Origin: Candidatus Thorarchaeota archaeon | Lineage (GTDB): Archaea; Asgardarchaeota; Thorarchaeia; Thorarchaeales; Thorarchaeaceae | Assembly: GCA_029858305.1 (NCBI GenBank) | Contig: JAOUFI010000077.1 | Location: 1 to 10,586 of the forward strand | DNA: 10,586 nt | Direction of reading: 5' to 3' | Shown here: positions 7,976 through 10,586 of the stretch, piece by piece | How positions within the stretch are numbered: the stretch's first letter is position 1 | Layout of the letters: each line of letters begins with the position of its first letter | Translations under genes and position numbers: made by a program | Notes under the pieces: model-generated | Seen by the model: only the letters and a program-made list of their open reading frames with translations | The model's database searches: none | Told to the model about the DNA's origin: nothing

Positions 7976-8141
7976 ATTGTTAAACTCCTTTTACTCGCCA
8001 TTTCTGTAACACAGCATCTTATCTGAAAATCAAATGAAAATGAATCGCAAACCATGAACCTACTAGGAGGAGAACATGGATCGAGTTGCATCAGAAAAGA
8101 AGAGGTGCTGTGATAACAAAGTGCAGTGTGCGGTATAAAAG

Positions 8142-8195
8142 CTAAACGGGCCAGATGAGGCCCTTGTGCCATTGGCCAAGACACACTCGCGTCAT
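8142..8195 (-). CDS. Putative Trp-containing leader peptide (uORF) of trpB2, MTRVCLGQWHKGLIWPV
   Basis: ATG ACG CGA GTG TGT CTT GGC CAA TGG CAC AAG GGC CTC ATC TGG CCC GTT TAG. Two TGG codons (8169..8171 and 8151..8153). GGGTG RBS at 8203..8207. It is the first ATG after the putative TATA box. Confidence 0.55.
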   Translation of the reverse strand: MTRVCLGQWHKGLIWPV

Positions 8196-8238
8196 GCTTC
8201 AACACCCAGAAACGGTTCAATAAGCAAAATTCGACCAT

Positions 8239-8246
8239 AATATAAA
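8239..8246 (-). promoter_or_regulatory. Putative archaeal TATA box for the leader-trpB2 transcript
   Basis: TTTATATT on the minus strand would place the start site near 8215, just upstream of the uORF RBS. The AT-rich element could also be read on the plus strand. Confidence 0.45.
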
Positions 8247-8442
8247 TATTGTGCAAAAAAGAGCAGTGATGCATACTTCTGTACATCGGTATAGGAGCAA
8301 CTTTCTTTATCAAATTATGTCAAAGATAGAGCCATTTGTGCGAATCAGCTATGTGTTCTATAGGAAATATTGGGTACAGGTCATCAAACATATATTTACA
8401 ACTTAATGAGATGATATGTACAATATTAAAAATGAGACATAA

Positions 8443-10425
8443 GTGATGCAAGAAATGACAAAGGAAAAAAGAAATGCATTTGAGCAAGAACTTGACATTT
8501 CGATGCTAAAGATGTTTTTTGATGCATCTCCACAAGGAGTCCTTGTCATAAATGATGGAATTATCATCTATGCGAATAAGAGCATCACTGAAAACTTGGG
8601 AATCACTCCAGAAACAGCAATAGGAAAAGATGTTGCTCTTTTGGCGAGTGTCTTGAATTCTGCCGAACGGGAAGATGCACTGAAACGTTTCATGCAGCTC
8701 TCTCAGGGCAAGAAGAAGAGAGATAAAGAGCGTTTAAAGTTCGTTAATAGAGATGGTGTGAAACGTGTTCTAGAGATAACAGCCCATTCATTGAATGTTT
8801 CTGGTAAGAACTACGTGATGACATATGGCGTTGATGTTACTGCTGATGAGCTGTCAAGGGAAACAGTCGCTAGAGAGAGAAAGGCCTACAGCATAATAGC
8901 TGAAGCCGCACTCAGCACAGAAGACATCTCAAAAGTATGCCAGCAATTGCTCGAAGGATTAATTGAAACCCTCGGTTTTGATCTCGGAACAATAAGATTA
9001 TTCCATGAAGAGGGGCAAACCCTTGATCTAATAGCATCAGTCAATATTGAAACCAGTAGTGCGACGAAATCTATTCGAAAAGACGATCCCAATCTTCTTG
9101 CATCTAGAACTGCACGAACCTTGGAACCTCTTGTAGTACCAGATGTATCGAAATTAAATGATCCGCAAGATAGGATGTCACGAGCAAAGGAGCTAGGAAT
9201 CAGAACCCTAATCTTCTGGCCAATAATCGGAGGTGACAATTCACTTCAAGGCATTGTGAATATTGCCTCGCGAGGAATTCGCACGCTGGAAGAGGATGAT
9301 AGAATTTTCTTTACTACTGTTGCAGGCATGTTCGCTACAATACTTGAAAGAAGAAAGGCAGAAGAGGACTTAAAGGTCAGTCAAGAGCAATTCATTGCCT
9401 TTGCAGACAATATGCCAGGTCCTGTCTTCATTAAGGATCATGAGTCACGAGTGCTTTTTGTAAATCATTTCATGAAGAGTAAAGCACCAAATTCTAATTT
9501 TCAAGATCTCACAAATGTTGATCTTTTCAGAGAAGGAATAGCAAAAGACCTGGATGATGAGGATCAGAAGGTCCTTGCGAGAGGACCTATTGATAGAATT
9601 CAAGCAGTGAGGGGAAGGGATGGAAAAACTAGGACATTTCGTAGTCATAAGTTTCCTATTTTCCGGGAAGGAAAACCACCTTTGATTGGAGGCTTCTCAC
9701 TCGACATAACTGAACAAATAGAGGCTGAGAAGGCAATCAATGAAGCTAGAGCTAGAGCGGAATGGGCTACTGATCTTATGTCACATGACTTGAATAATAT
9801 GCATCAGGGCATCATGGGAAGTTTAGAACTTATGCTTCAAGATCCATCTTTGCCATTGAATCTTAGGAATTTAGCTGAGAATGCTCTTATGCAGGTAAAT
9901 CGAAGTGTATCACTAATTGCGAATGTAAAGAAGTTCTCACTAGTAAATAAGGGCGACGTTGTCCTCCAGAAGACTGATCCAGCACAGTCATTAACTGCAG
10001 CGATTGAGATACTGAAACAGTCTTTCCCGATGCGAGAAATAAAAGTAATTACAAATATCTCCACAGGAGAATACTGTATTATGGCTGACGAGTTTCTTCA
10101 AGATGTCTTCTACAACATTCTTCATAATGGAGTGAAGGCAACTCTAACAGATGAGGTCACTCTGGAAGTAGAAACCAATCTCATAGAGGATGGCGAGTTC
10201 CTTAGAATGGACTTCACCGATTGGGGCGAAGGAATCGATGATCGGATGAAAGAAAATATCCTTTCTGGATTAGATGAGCGAATTCGAAGAATCTCAGGTG
10301 TTGGATTGACGCTCGTGAAACAGATAGTGGATATATATCATGGAAAAATATGGGTCGAGGACCGTATCAAGAATGATTATTCAAAGGGGGCACGTTTCGT
10401 CATCCTATTACCCTATGGATGCTAA
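8443..10425 (+). CDS. Soluble PAS-GAF-PAS sensor histidine kinase
   Basis: PAS (FFDASPQGVLVI...YANK...GVDVT), GAF (LGTIRLF...LIFWPI...GIVNIAS), PAS (FADNMPGPVFIKD...SLDITE), H-box DLMSHDLNN, N-box VFYNILHNGVK, G1 DWGEGI, G2 SGVGLTLVKQIV. No obvious transmembrane helix. The start is GTG 8443 or a nearby ATG (8446). Confidence 0.94.
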   Translation: MMQEMTKEKRNAFEQELDISMLKMFFDASPQGVLVINDGIIIYANKSITENLGITPETAIGKDVALLASVLNSAEREDALKRFMQLSQGKKKRDKERLKFVNRDGVKRVLEITAHSLNVSGKNYVMTYGVDVTADELSRETVARERKAYSIIAEAALSTEDISKVCQQLLEGLIETLGFDLGTIRLFHEEGQTLDLIASVNIETSSATKSIRKDDPNLLASRTARTLEPLVVPDVSKLNDPQDRMSRAKELGIRTLIFWPIIGGDNSLQGIVNIASRGIRTLEEDDRIFFTTVAGMFATILERRKAEEDLKVSQEQFIAFADNMPGPVFIKDHESRVLFVNHFMKSKAPNSNFQDLTNVDLFREGIAKDLDDEDQKVLARGPIDRIQAVRGRDGKTRTFRSHKFPIFREGKPPLIGGFSLDITEQIEAEKAINEARARAEWATDLMSHDLNNMHQGIMGSLELMLQDPSLPLNLRNLAENALMQVNRSVSLIANVKKFSLVNKGDVVLQKTDPAQSLTAAIEILKQSFPMREIKVITNISTGEYCIMADEFLQDVFYNILHNGVKATLTDEVTLEVETNLIEDGEFLRMDFTDWGEGIDDRMKENILSGLDERIRRISGVGLTLVKQIVDIYHGKIWVEDRIKNDYSKGARFVILLPYGC

Positions 10426-10470
10426 GTAGATTCAAAGGATGGAAAATCTCCCAGAACGGTTAAATCTCAC

Positions 10471-10478
10471 TTTATAGA
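10471..10478 (+). promoter_or_regulatory. Putative TATA box of the small GTPase gene
   Basis: TTTATAGA about 30 nt upstream of the GTG start, a spacing consistent with a short-leader archaeal transcript. Confidence 0.4.
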
Positions 10479-10505
10479 TAGACGAGGAAATAGGAAGTAA
10501 AATAC

Positions 10506-10586
10506 GTGGAAGATGATGGGCCTGAATATGTTCTCAAGATGGTTGCTCTGGGTGATGGAGCCGTAGGAAAGACCAGCTGTATTATG
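10506..10586 (+). CDS. Ras-superfamily (Rab/Rho-like) small GTPase, N-terminal fragment, runs off the right edge
   Basis: Not in the ORF track. Manual translation: (M)EDDGPEYVLKMVALGDGAVGKTSCIM, which contains a beta-1 strand and the G1 box GDGAVGKTS. An in-frame TAG at 10491 bounds the start. Confidence 0.85.
   Translation, partial: MEDDGPEYVLKMVALGDGAVGKTSCIM

Noticed and set aside
7972-8313. 113-aa ORF overlapping the trpB2 start
   Set aside because: Atypical composition, no recognisable domain, and it spans the putative TATA box. The region is better explained as promoter plus leader, although the 4-nt overlap with trpB2 means it is not strictly excluded.
552-10064. Small opposite-strand ORFs in the track (552..956, 1030..1356, 3156..3455, 3456..3650, 3466..3693, 4010..4228, 4230..4499, 5136..5357, 5852..6151, 5973..6218, 6377..6574, 7361..7630, 8886..9239, 9445..9648, 9837..10064)
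   Set aside because: Antisense shadows of well-supported genes, with no motifs.
1-10586. CRISPR arrays, tRNA/rRNA genes, transposases, T-box or other known riboswitches
   Set aside because: None recognised by eye. No T-box consensus was seen in the trpB2 leader. An Infernal/Rfam and tRNAscan run would be needed to exclude divergent ones.

Overview
Gene-dense prokaryotic window, most likely from an Asgard archaeon, possibly Thorarchaeia. This is an inference from the Rab/Rho-like small GTPase start at the right edge, the hSSB1-like single OB-fold protein, the archaeal-type ADP-forming acyl-CoA ligase alpha, the 2-phosphoglycerate-kinase-like gene, TrpB2, TATA-like boxes and GGTG/AGGAG ribosome-binding motifs. 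Left to right, the minus strand carries the 5' part of a CoA-disulfide-reductase/NADH-oxidase-type flavoprotein, an unusual 514-aa membrane protein with a Cys4 zinc ribbon and a possible HTH, and a stand-alone receiver domain. A divergent plus-strand cluster follows: PLP aminotransferase, SSB, 2PGK-like kinase and acyl-CoA ligase alpha. Next come a convergent trpB2 (-), a PAS-GAF-PAS histidine kinase (+) and the start of a small GTPase (+). The most interesting element is missing from the ORF track. The roughly 240-nt leader of trpB2 holds a 17-codon uORF with two Trp codons (MTRVCLGQWHKGLIWPV*), its own RBS, mutually exclusive hairpins over the Trp codons, U-rich tracts and an anti-Shine-Dalgarno. 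This is a candidate tryptophan-sensing ribosome-mediated attenuator in an archaeon. All calls come from manual reading; no searches or folding programs were run.
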